The position numbers and the translations under genes are program-made. From an uncultured bacterium (GTDB taxonomy: Bacteria > Zixibacteria > MSB-5A5 > GN15 > FEB-12), in the NCBI GenBank assembly GCA_965372795.1, contig CBDVDR010000009.1:32001-96000 (forward strand): a DNA stretch of 64,000 nucleotides, written 5' to 3'. The notes beneath the pieces are model-generated. The model did no database searches and was not told where the DNA came from. It worked only from the letters and a program-made list of their open reading frames with translations. Positions 1 through 8,934 of this stretch are shown piece after piece. Position 1 is the first letter of the stretch, and each line of letters starts with the position of its first letter.

Positions 1-677
1 ACAACGCCCCCGAGAGAATCTCTTTTCTTTTTAGCGGCTTTTATTGCATCTATCATTTTTAATGTACAACTGTCATCAAGACAACGAACTTCCGAATTTT
101 CCACTATCTCTTTTAATTTATTTAAATCCGAATAGTCGATTTCATTTTCAAGAGTAACATCGCCAATTTTGATGACATGACTTAAGACTTCCACTCCAAA
201 CTGTTCCAGCAACTGTATCGCCACTGCTCCGGCGGCTACGCGGGCGGCTGTCTCGCGAGCTGAGGCGCGCTCGAGCACATTTCTTAAATCATGATGATTC
301 CATTTAACCCCTCCCGGAAGATCGGCGTGCCCCGGTCGGGGCGTACTGGTTTCATAAGCCAATCGTTTTTCCTTGAGATTAAGATCATCTGAAATCGGGT
401 TAACCGGATGCATTATTTTATCCCAATTTTCCCAATCTTTATTTTTTATGACAAGCGTTACCGGTCCGCCAAGAGTGTAACTATTTCTTATACCGGAAAC
501 AATCACAGCTTTATCGGTTTCTATTTTCATTCGTCCCCCGCGTCCGTATCCTTTTTGACGACGGGCAAGATGAAAATTGATCTTATCGATTTCTATTTTA
601 AAACCGGCTGGCAAGCCATCAATTATTGTAGTTAATTGAGGACCATGAGATTCGCCTGAAGTTAAATACTTAAGCAT
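1..677 (-). CDS. aroC: Chorismate synthase, N-terminal part (runs off the window start)
   Basis: Manual translation from ATG at 677 gives MLKYLTSGESHGPQLTTIIDGLPAG, then PRPGHADL and LERASARETAARVAAGA; absent from the ORF track because it is truncated. Confidence 0.95.
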   Translation of the reverse strand, partial: MLKYLTSGESHGPQLTTIIDGLPAGFKIEIDKINFHLARRQKGYGRGGRMKIETDKAVIVSGIRNSYTLGGPVTLVIKNKDWENWDKIMHPVNPISDDLNLKEKRLAYETSTPRPGHADLPGGVKWNHHDLRNVLERASARETAARVAAGAVAIQLLEQFGVEVLSHVIKIGDVTLENEIDYSDLNKLKEIVENSEVRCLDDSCTLKMIDAIKAAKKKRDSLGGV

Positions 678-714
678 ATATAAAGTTATTGAATTGTTAA
701 GAGTCGGTCAACAG

Positions 715-2043
715 TTAATCAGAAACCTTTTCCAGTGGAGGATTATGGTTCCATTTTGAATCGGCTATCATATTTTTTGTGCGTTCTTCTATTTTATCAT
801 CAATATTCATTGCACTTGAGACATTATAAAAATCATCATGATTAATAGGTGAAATCTCTTTCATCTCATCTAAAACCGCAACAATCTTTCTAACTGCTTT
901 GTCGATTGTTTCAAGGGTTACCGGTATCTGTTCTGTCAACCTATCCATTTTCCCTTTTTCAAGTAACATTCTCATTATTTGTGAGCGGCCATAAATAGCC
1001 ATGGCTGAATTATTGATATAATGAGAAAGGGTTGCCATTGCTATATTTTTAGCTTCAATAGCACCTTTGTCATGTTCTTCCATTAGCAATTTCCGGCTTA
1101 ATTCCTGACGTTCATTAAATAGACTTTCAATCGTCAGATAAGTTTTCCAGATTTCCTGATTGGCTTTAATTAACATTTCCTCATGGTCACCAATATCAAC
1201 GCCTAAGTACTCACTCATTTTTAAAGAACTACCCATTAAGGTTGATGAGATTTCATCAATGTTGTCCTGGCGAAGGTTTAAGGCTGTGAATAAACGATCT
1301 ATTGCGGTCAATCTATCTTCAAGATTCGTATTTTTCCCTGAGAAGTTGTCAGTTGATAATTGAACAGCGAGTTTAACTATATTTCCAAGAACATTTTTTC
1401 TATCAATTGTTAATGCTGAGTGATGTTCAGACACAGACGTGGCTATGTATTCAGGAAGTTTCCAGGTTTTAGCTAAATGCATACCCACTTCACAATGGTC
1501 TATCCCAAATACTTTCTTTTCAGCAACCAGCAGACTTTCATTATGATTACGACCTTTTACAATTTGATAATAGCTGTCGGGATAGTGATGGATAAAAAAC
1601 ATTATTCCGATATCTGTCAGCAACCCTGCAATTAATGCTTCCTCAGGAGTCGGATAATTAACCATCTTTGCAATTTTTTCACTGGCAGCCGCTATAGAGA
1701 TTACATAACTAAAAAAATCTTTTTGATTAATTCCAGATTGCTCACCTATCATTTTAGGATGAAAGATAGATGTTGAAAGGGCAAGGCATTTAACGGAAGT
1801 TACACCAAGATGCTGTACTGCTTGATGAACAGTTTTGATTTCGTTGCGACTAATATATAAAGCAGAATTAGCAACTTTAAGCAAGTTTCCGGTAAGTGAT
1901 GGATCTTTTAAGATAATTTTTGCAAGTGAATCTGCAGAGTAATCATCTTTGCCAACTTCGTGTAATATATCTGACAATACCTGAGGTAATGACAATAATC
2001 TTTTGTTACTTCTAATTTCATCAACGATTCTAATCTTGTCCAT
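715..2043 (-). CDS. HDOD-domain protein with a C-terminal HisKA/DHp-like segment
   Basis: LLSLPQV, KDPSLTGNLLKVANSA, AGLLTDIG, GIDHCEVG..LAKTWKLP are HDOD motifs; ATLSHYINN is H-box-like; no HATPase domain. Confidence 0.85.
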   Translation of the reverse strand: MDKIRIVDEIRSNKRLLSLPQVLSDILHEVGKDDYSADSLAKIILKDPSLTGNLLKVANSALYISRNEIKTVHQAVQHLGVTSVKCLALSTSIFHPKMIGEQSGINQKDFFSYVISIAAASEKIAKMVNYPTPEEALIAGLLTDIGIMFFIHHYPDSYYQIVKGRNHNESLLVAEKKVFGIDHCEVGMHLAKTWKLPEYIATSVSEHHSALTIDRKNVLGNIVKLAVQLSTDNFSGKNTNLEDRLTAIDRLFTALNLRQDNIDEISSTLMGSSLKMSEYLGVDIGDHEEMLIKANQEIWKTYLTIESLFNERQELSRKLLMEEHDKGAIEAKNIAMATLSHYINNSAMAIYGRSQIMRMLLEKGKMDRLTEQIPVTLETIDKAVRKIVAVLDEMKEISPINHDDFYNVSSAMNIDDKIEERTKNMIADSKWNHNPPLEKVSD

Positions 2044-2116
2044 ATGCTGCCTTTCAATAATCTTATATTATCTATCGACAGCAAATAAATATGGCTTAAC
2101 GGTTTATAATGAGAAT

Positions 2117-5041
2117 TCAGGAAAAAGACCTGTTGGACACGGCTGATTTTATCAGGTCTGTTAGCTGTTCAATTCGAAACGGCTTGTATAAAACTTTGGT
2201 TATACCCGAGGCTTCCAAATCTGCTTCATCAACCTTGACTTCCCAACCGGTTAAAAGAATAATTGGTATTTTTTTATGAATTTGGATGATTTTACGGGCT
2301 GTTTCAAGCCCTGACATACCAGGCATAGCTAAATCGGTCAAGATCAGATCAAATTTCGTCTCTCCAGCCAATTTTATGCCCTCTTCGCCCGATAGGGCTG
2401 TAGTTATCTCATAACCAAGGGATTGACACATCGCTTTCAAAAGCTCAATTATTACCGGTTGATCATCAATCGCTAATATTTTGATTTTATCAGATTGGTG
2501 AGAACCGGCAATTTGCTGTGATTTCATTAAAGGAAATTTGAACGACAAATATGAAGGCGACTGACTATATCTGTCATAGGAGTAAAAGCAGGAATCATCA
2601 AGATAGTTCAAAAAAGAATCTGAGGGTCGAAATTTAAGCACTTCCTCAGGAAGAGAATATTTGCCAAATGAGGAGACCTCTTCTACCGGAGGGAAATTCT
2701 TCCGGTGGCGGGAAATATCAAGGAATAAATAATTATCTTTCTCATAATTATTTATTGTGATAATATCTTCCTCGCTTGCTGTTGAAGCAAACCGATTAAC
2801 AGCTTCTTCAAATATTTTTTCAATTTGCTCAGGGCTGAAATCTAAATTACTTTTTGAATCGGATGTTATATTTACTTCTCTCGGAACTCCCCCGATCATA
2901 AATAAATTATCAGAAATATGAGATCGATTCAAAGTCCGCAGTATTATTGATCCAAATGATTTTTTTTCTTCATCAAGTAACAATTTTTTTTCTGAAGATA
3001 TTTGACCAAGTGTCCTTTTCAAAAACCTTGCTGCTGATTCAGCCTCGGTTAGTATTGACCTGAACTGGTTTTTTACTTCGCCGGAAATATCATCACGGGA
3101 TTGGGCAAGTTCTGCGTTTCCAATCACTGCCGATAAATGATTATTAAGCTGATTTATAGCCAACCCGAAATCATCAGGTTCTTCTTTAAAAGATGAGGCT
3201 GCTTGTTGATGATATAAAAAGTCAATCGTTAATCCGATTGAATATAGATCAACTGCTAAGGTTATCAAGCGTTCAAGTTCCGGAAGCTCATCAAGGGTTA
3301 AATCATATATGAAAACTTTGACAACGCCGATTACATTGCCTGTTCGGCAAACAGGGCAGGTTGCCATGAAAGATGGTAAACCGCGTTCTCCAAATAGTTT
3401 TAGTATCTTGTCTTTGTTATTTAATTCATATGATTCAAGAGCTTTACCAACCTTGGCTTTCCCCTGTACAAAGGCAGGTCTGACAGTAGCGGCAGAAATC
3501 CCGACCGTTCCCTCACCGGGGTAAATATGTAAATCTGAAATTGCTTCCTGATTATATTTATAACCATCAAACGGCTTGAACGAACCATCGGATTGTTTAA
3601 CAAAGGCGACTACTGAACTTTTTTGAGGTAGAAATCCGGTAAGGTGCTCTATTAAATAGCCGGGATCGCTCTCATATTGTTCAAGATCCTTAAAACGCAA
3701 CAATTGGATGATCTGCTCAAATCCTTTTCGTCTGGTAATATCAAGACGGGTGCTGTCCTGCTGAATCAAAATCAAAATAGCAATCCTTGAGAACAATTCG
3801 AGAAACTGTAACTCATTATCAGCCACTTTGAAAATTGACGATTCCTTTCTCAAAAGGATAGCGTATTTATTATTACCCTTTGCCACTGGAAATACTAATG
3901 ATGATAAAGTTATAAACCTTTGTCCGTCTTCTGTGGTTGATTCCTGATTGATTATAATCGGTTTATTTTTATCAAGCGCATCGACTAATGCGGTTTTATA
4001 ATTTTCTGAAAAACTTAACAGCGGTTCGTTTCCGTCAATAACTTTAAACTGACCGTTAACTATTCCGAAAATATGAACACTTTTACTCTCTGCAAAGCCG
4101 GTTAATCCCTGACAAAAAGATGATAGTGAATCGCTCTTATCAAGTTTCTGAGTTACTGAAGTAAAGCGACTGAACAGCTCATTTTGAAGCTGCTTTGTCT
4201 TTTCAATCTCTTTAACTGCATTAGCATTTTCTCTGGTTAAACGAGCTGACTTAATTTTTTCTGCAAGCCATTCTGCAACCGGGGCAAGGTAATTAATATC
4301 TGAGCGGCTAAAATGATTAGCATGTTCTGATAAAAGTATAATCCCCCCGATTTTTTCGGTTCCGGAAACAAAAGGTAAAACAAGTCCCGACTTAAAACGA
4401 GACTCAACTTTTTCACCGGTTGTGTCTACAAACTTAAATTCACCCGTTAACATCGGCTCACCCAGATCAACTGTTTGACTAACGATATTTCTTTCCAAAG
4501 GATAACGCTCTAAATAAACGGTCTCTTTTTGTGTAAACCCGGCTGATGCGGTTAATACAAATTGGCGTCTGACCCGGTTAATTAGAAAAATTCCTCCTGA
4601 TGTTTCAGGAAGTTGCGAGATGATCTCTTTAATTGAAATATTTAGAAGCTCTAATAAATGATATGGATCACGGGCATCCCTTTGAAGATTAGTCAGGATG
4701 CTTAGTTTTTGTTTATGGTTTTCTATCTCAGATCGTTTTGTTTGCCAAAAATCGGCATAAAATGACAAACCGACAATAACCAAAAAGAGTCCCGTCAAAA
4801 ACAAAACTAACTGGGCAACATCGATATATAAATAGGCTCCTTCAAGAAACCAATCTTGATAAGCTGACAATGATTTTAGTGACTGCCACAGGGATACGCT
4901 AAATAAAATTATTCCGCCGGCTAAAAACACAAATCTACCCGACAGGTCTCTTTCCTTGAAATAACCTAACCTGATTATAAGAAATGAAATAGTTATAAGA
5001 ACTGATAAAGGTAAAATGAGCGAAAATACAAAACTGCTCAT
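2117..5041 (-). CDS. Membrane-anchored GAF / degenerate histidine kinase / response-regulator receiver hybrid
   Basis: Three N-terminal TM helices, GAF-like segments, INQLNNHLSAVIGNAEL pseudo-H-box, C-terminal receiver (ILAIDD, LILTDLAMPG, LLTG, YKPF). Confidence 0.8.
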   Translation of the reverse strand: MSSFVFSLILPLSVLITISFLIIRLGYFKERDLSGRFVFLAGGIILFSVSLWQSLKSLSAYQDWFLEGAYLYIDVAQLVLFLTGLFLVIVGLSFYADFWQTKRSEIENHKQKLSILTNLQRDARDPYHLLELLNISIKEIISQLPETSGGIFLINRVRRQFVLTASAGFTQKETVYLERYPLERNIVSQTVDLGEPMLTGEFKFVDTTGEKVESRFKSGLVLPFVSGTEKIGGIILLSEHANHFSRSDINYLAPVAEWLAEKIKSARLTRENANAVKEIEKTKQLQNELFSRFTSVTQKLDKSDSLSSFCQGLTGFAESKSVHIFGIVNGQFKVIDGNEPLLSFSENYKTALVDALDKNKPIIINQESTTEDGQRFITLSSLVFPVAKGNNKYAILLRKESSIFKVADNELQFLELFSRIAILILIQQDSTRLDITRRKGFEQIIQLLRFKDLEQYESDPGYLIEHLTGFLPQKSSVVAFVKQSDGSFKPFDGYKYNQEAISDLHIYPGEGTVGISAATVRPAFVQGKAKVGKALESYELNNKDKILKLFGERGLPSFMATCPVCRTGNVIGVVKVFIYDLTLDELPELERLITLAVDLYSIGLTIDFLYHQQAASSFKEEPDDFGLAINQLNNHLSAVIGNAELAQSRDDISGEVKNQFRSILTEAESAARFLKRTLGQISSEKKLLLDEEKKSFGSIILRTLNRSHISDNLFMIGGVPREVNITSDSKSNLDFSPEQIEKIFEEAVNRFASTASEEDIITINNYEKDNYLFLDISRHRKNFPPVEEVSSFGKYSLPEEVLKFRPSDSFLNYLDDSCFYSYDRYSQSPSYLSFKFPLMKSQQIAGSHQSDKIKILAIDDQPVIIELLKAMCQSLGYEITTALSGEEGIKLAGETKFDLILTDLAMPGMSGLETARKIIQIHKKIPIILLTGWEVKVDEADLEASGITKVLYKPFRIEQLTDLIKSAVSNRSFS

Positions 5042-6363
5042 TAATTTATCTCCTCAAGTTCTCCATGAAGGGTAAAGGCATCAGTTGCGGTTACTCTGAT
5101 AGGTAAAATCGTACCCGGTTTTATATCTCTGCCAACCTTGAAAATAACGGTCTTATTTCCTTCAGTACGGGCACGAAGCTGTTCGTTACTTTTCCTTGAG
5201 TAGCCTTCGACCATGCTTGGTTGGACCCGGTTCAGTTCCCTCAAGTTTTGTTCGTAGCTGATTCCCTGTTGAAGTTTGATCAATTTGTTTAATCTTCTAA
5301 TTTTATCTTTTTCAGGAACATCATCTTCAAACTTAGCCGCCGTAGTACCGGGGCGAACCGAATATCGAAACATGAAAGCAGTATCGTAACGTGCTTTTTT
5401 TACAGCTTCAAGAGTTTCCTCATATTCTTTTTCTGTTTCAGTAGGAAATCCTACAATCAAATCAGTCGTTAGTGAAACATAATCCAGTTTCTTTCGAATA
5501 TACTCAACAATACTCATATAATGTTCAATCGTATAAATCCTGCCCATCTTTTGAAGGACTCTGTTATTCCCCGACTGAATCGGTAAATGAATGTGTCTCA
5601 TCAACCGTGGTTCCTCAGCCATAACATCGACCAGCTCTCTTGAAAGGTCTTTAGGATGGGAAGTCATAAATCTCAATCTGGGAATTCCGGTTTCACTTGC
5701 TACTCTTTTGAGTAGCGTTGGAAAATCGACATCATTATACCGATAACTATTTACATTCTGCCCTAGCAGAGTTACCTCGACGACCCCTTCATCAACCATC
5801 TTTTTGACAGAATCAACAATATAGTCATCCGAATGACCGACTTCTTTCCCTCTTACATACGGCACTATACAGTAGGTACAAAAATTGTTGCATCCCCTTG
5901 AAATCGTAATAAACCCTGAATAAGGTGTTTCTTTAGTCGGCGCAATCATATCGAGGTTTTCATGTCCAAACGCGGTCATGACTTCTGAGGTGCCTTCTAT
6001 CCCCTCGAGAACATCCGGCAATTCAAATAATCTATCTGTACCCAGAACAAAGTCAACATGAGGAACCCGTTCGATTATTTTATCTGCAAGTCTTTGAGCC
6101 ATACACCCAACCACAGCAACTTTAAGATGGGGTTTCCTGCGTTTATATTTATATATTTCACCTAACCGGCCAAACACTCTGTCTTCTGCTTTTTCACGAA
6201 CGGAACAGGTATTGAAAATCAGCAAATCGGCTTCCTGCTCGGTCGAAACTCTCCGATATCCTCTGGTTACCATTGTAGATGCAAGCGTAGATGAATCAGC
6301 GAGATTCATTTGGCAGCCATAGGTTGATATATGAAATGTTTTAACTTTCTTCTCTTGACGCAC
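5041..6363 (-). CDS. miaB: tRNA-2-methylthio-N6-isopentenyladenosine synthase
   Basis: TYGCQMN, NTCSVRE, GCMAQ, radical SAM motif CNNFCTYC, C-terminal TRAM-like domain. Confidence 0.95.
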   Translation of the reverse strand: MRQEKKVKTFHISTYGCQMNLADSSTLASTMVTRGYRRVSTEQEADLLIFNTCSVREKAEDRVFGRLGEIYKYKRRKPHLKVAVVGCMAQRLADKIIERVPHVDFVLGTDRLFELPDVLEGIEGTSEVMTAFGHENLDMIAPTKETPYSGFITISRGCNNFCTYCIVPYVRGKEVGHSDDYIVDSVKKMVDEGVVEVTLLGQNVNSYRYNDVDFPTLLKRVASETGIPRLRFMTSHPKDLSRELVDVMAEEPRLMRHIHLPIQSGNNRVLQKMGRIYTIEHYMSIVEYIRKKLDYVSLTTDLIVGFPTETEKEYEETLEAVKKARYDTAFMFRYSVRPGTTAAKFEDDVPEKDKIRRLNKLIKLQQGISYEQNLRELNRVQPSMVEGYSRKSNEQLRARTEGNKTVIFKVGRDIKPGTILPIRVTATDAFTLHGELEEIN

Positions 6364-6447
6364 TGTTTACCTCTTTGGTATGTACATACGGTAAAATCTC
6401 ATGAAAATGATAAGATTTTTTCCGAAAAATGCAATAAAAACTTAAAC

Positions 6448-6479
6448 AAAAAAAACAGCCCAAAAGTTTGGGCTGTTTT
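6448..6479 (-). terminator. Intrinsic terminator after the M1 peptidase gene
   Basis: aaaacagcccaa-aagt-ttgggctgtttt hairpin flanked by A/T tracts. Confidence 0.75.
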
Positions 6480-6500
6480 AAATTTTAAAAAAATTATACT

Positions 6501-8741
6501 CTATTTTGCGCATCCGACTTGTGGCGGTGGACCATTATTGAAAAGATAATCAACAAGGGCTGTCAAATCAGAAATATTGATCTCACACGATCCGTCAATA
6601 TCCGCCAGATGAAGCACCGGAGGTTCTGCCCCATGATTGAACAAGTACTCAACTAAAGTGGTCAAATCTGAGATATTGATTTCTCCGCTGATATCAATAT
6701 CACCCGGTATTCCAATATATTCACTAAAGCTGATTGTATAAGTAGCATCATCAATTTTAGAAGTACCCATTTCGGTCACTCTGACTGTAAATGTAAATGA
6801 ACCGGTTTCAGTAGATGCTCCTGTTAGAGTACCGTTTGAATTAAAAGTAATCCCATCAGGAAGGTTTCCATTTCTAAATGAATAAATAAACCCGGAGCCA
6901 TAACCGCGAGCATCAATAGTATCCGCATAATTTTCAAATTGAACCCCATCAGATAAATCTTCATCGTACGTAATTATATGAACCCCCCAGGATTCGGTAC
7001 TGACGGTTCGTAAGACCCACTCATTGGGATCAAAATCAATTGATAAAACCTCTGGAGATACATTTAGTTTTATCAGCTGTTCTCTCTGATTTATCTCAAC
7101 AGTCATGGTGTCGTTGGTTCCGCCAAGATAATTAAAGCTCAAATCAACCGGCATTGTAAAAACCAGCGGTTGAGAAGTTTGATACTGCCTGACATATAGA
7201 TAAATATCAAAACCGGAGTCTTCAGATGGTTCCTGCCAATAAGAATAGCTGTACTTAGGGTAATACGTTCCATATATCCATTCTTCAAAAAACCAGTCAA
7301 GCTCGACTCCTGATACATTTTCAAATATATCTCGGAATTGTTCTGTGGTTGCTGATTTATAACGATATTCAGAATTATAATACGCCTCAACACCCTGGAA
7401 AAATAATTCATCGCCAAGCACGCCGCGAAGCATATGCACCACCCAGGCACCTTTATCATAAACAATTGATCCAAAGATATTCCAAACATTGGTTGTGTCG
7501 GCAATATAAATACTCCCGCCGTTAGTAAATCTCATTTGCCCCATATAATCATGATATGCCGGCCAGCCTCCCAAACCTTCCTCATAAATAGCTTCAGCAT
7601 AAGAAGCCCAGCCTTCATTGAGCCAGATATGACCCCACGAATCACAGGTTATCATATCACCCCACCATTGGTGAGCAGCTTCATGAACAACTACCGGTGT
7701 AGAAAAACCGAACGATCCGCCGGACATTGAAGTAATAGTCTGGTGCTCCATGCCTCCGCCCCATTCAAAATTGGCATGACCATATTTTTCATCAGGATAA
7801 GGATACATTCCAAAGGCATCAGATAAAATTGTCAAAATCTGAGGGGTCAATCCATAACGGGATAACGAATAAACATATCTGTCAGGATAAACAGCATGCA
7901 CTAATAGCATAGTATCCAAACCGTCATTATAAACCCATTCATCATTCCATACAGTATAATTTGATATAGCCACTGAGAATAAATAAGTCGTAATAGGATA
8001 TCTCACCCGGTAATAAAAGGTCTGGGCATTGGCCCCAAATTGGACCGTAGAATCTAAGGTACCGTTTGATGCACAGTATAAAGATGTATCAACCGTAATT
8101 GCTATATTCATTGAATCCGGTTTATCGTCCATCCGGTCTTTACAGGGCCACCAGGTTCTCGCAAAATATGGCTCTGAAAGTGAAGAAATGGCTCGCTTTC
8201 CCAAACGCCAATCAAAACTAAACGCCTGAAACCCGCCTTCGGTTGGATGACCATAATAATAAAATTCAAATTCAAATTGTTCGCCGGTATTATAAATTTG
8301 ATCAAGGGTCACGGTTACAACATTACCCGATCTGGTATATGAAAGATTGCCGGAAGGTGCAACTATGGAGTCGATTGACATATTGTAATAATAATCAACT
8401 TGTATGACATTGACTCCATCCTCGGCAGCCTCGGCAACAAATTTTACTACTCCGTAGAGCACTTCGTTTGTGTCGTTAACTCTGATATTAACATCATAGA
8501 ATAAGACATCATAGTTTAACTGGGTGTTAAGTAACTTTTCCTCAGCTGCTAATTGGCGGTAAACAGCTGCTTGTTTATAAGCCTGGGATTTCATTTCCCA
8601 CATTTTTTTATGAATCTCTGACGGGGATTGATTATCCCAATCAATATCTTCATCAAGGTCTAAAGCAAATGTTGGCATTGTGAAGATTAAAGTGAGGATT
8701 GTAAGGCAAAAAAAGGTGCGAATCTTGTTACCGCCTGTCAT
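6501..8741 (-). CDS. Secreted M1 family zinc aminopeptidase with Ig-like domain and C-terminal dockerin
   Basis: Signal peptide; GGMEH, HEAAHQWWG..WLNEGWA, VYDKGA; duplicated GDIDISGEINISDLT / ADIDGSCEINISDLT Ca-loops. Start set at 8741; the ORF track extends to 8771. Confidence 0.9.
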   Translation of the reverse strand: MTGGNKIRTFFCLTILTLIFTMPTFALDLDEDIDWDNQSPSEIHKKMWEMKSQAYKQAAVYRQLAAEEKLLNTQLNYDVLFYDVNIRVNDTNEVLYGVVKFVAEAAEDGVNVIQVDYYYNMSIDSIVAPSGNLSYTRSGNVVTVTLDQIYNTGEQFEFEFYYYGHPTEGGFQAFSFDWRLGKRAISSLSEPYFARTWWPCKDRMDDKPDSMNIAITVDTSLYCASNGTLDSTVQFGANAQTFYYRVRYPITTYLFSVAISNYTVWNDEWVYNDGLDTMLLVHAVYPDRYVYSLSRYGLTPQILTILSDAFGMYPYPDEKYGHANFEWGGGMEHQTITSMSGGSFGFSTPVVVHEAAHQWWGDMITCDSWGHIWLNEGWASYAEAIYEEGLGGWPAYHDYMGQMRFTNGGSIYIADTTNVWNIFGSIVYDKGAWVVHMLRGVLGDELFFQGVEAYYNSEYRYKSATTEQFRDIFENVSGVELDWFFEEWIYGTYYPKYSYSYWQEPSEDSGFDIYLYVRQYQTSQPLVFTMPVDLSFNYLGGTNDTMTVEINQREQLIKLNVSPEVLSIDFDPNEWVLRTVSTESWGVHIITYDEDLSDGVQFENYADTIDARGYGSGFIYSFRNGNLPDGITFNSNGTLTGASTETGSFTFTVRVTEMGTSKIDDATYTISFSEYIGIPGDIDISGEINISDLTTLVEYLFNHGAEPPVLHLADIDGSCEINISDLTALVDYLFNNGPPPQVGCAK

Positions 8742-8934
8742 AAAAACATCCCTTTGGTTGTATACCTGCAATCGTGTTGCACGGCAGTAGTTTAGAAAAA
8801 CAAGGTGCTGTTGTCTTTTTATAAGTTATTATATTTTACAAAATTGTCAAGAAAATTGAAATACCCATAAAAAAGCGTTTCATAATTTTAATTATAAAAC
8901 GCTTTATTCGAAGATATGTTTAGTCTTTGTTTAT

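Noticed and set aside
408..635. 75-aa + strand ORF
   Set aside because: Antisense shadow of aroC
8768..8780. TGCAA-N5-TTGCA-like dyad near the M1 peptidase start, considered as a second LexA box
   Set aside because: Half-sites and spacing do not match TGCNC-N4-GTGCA
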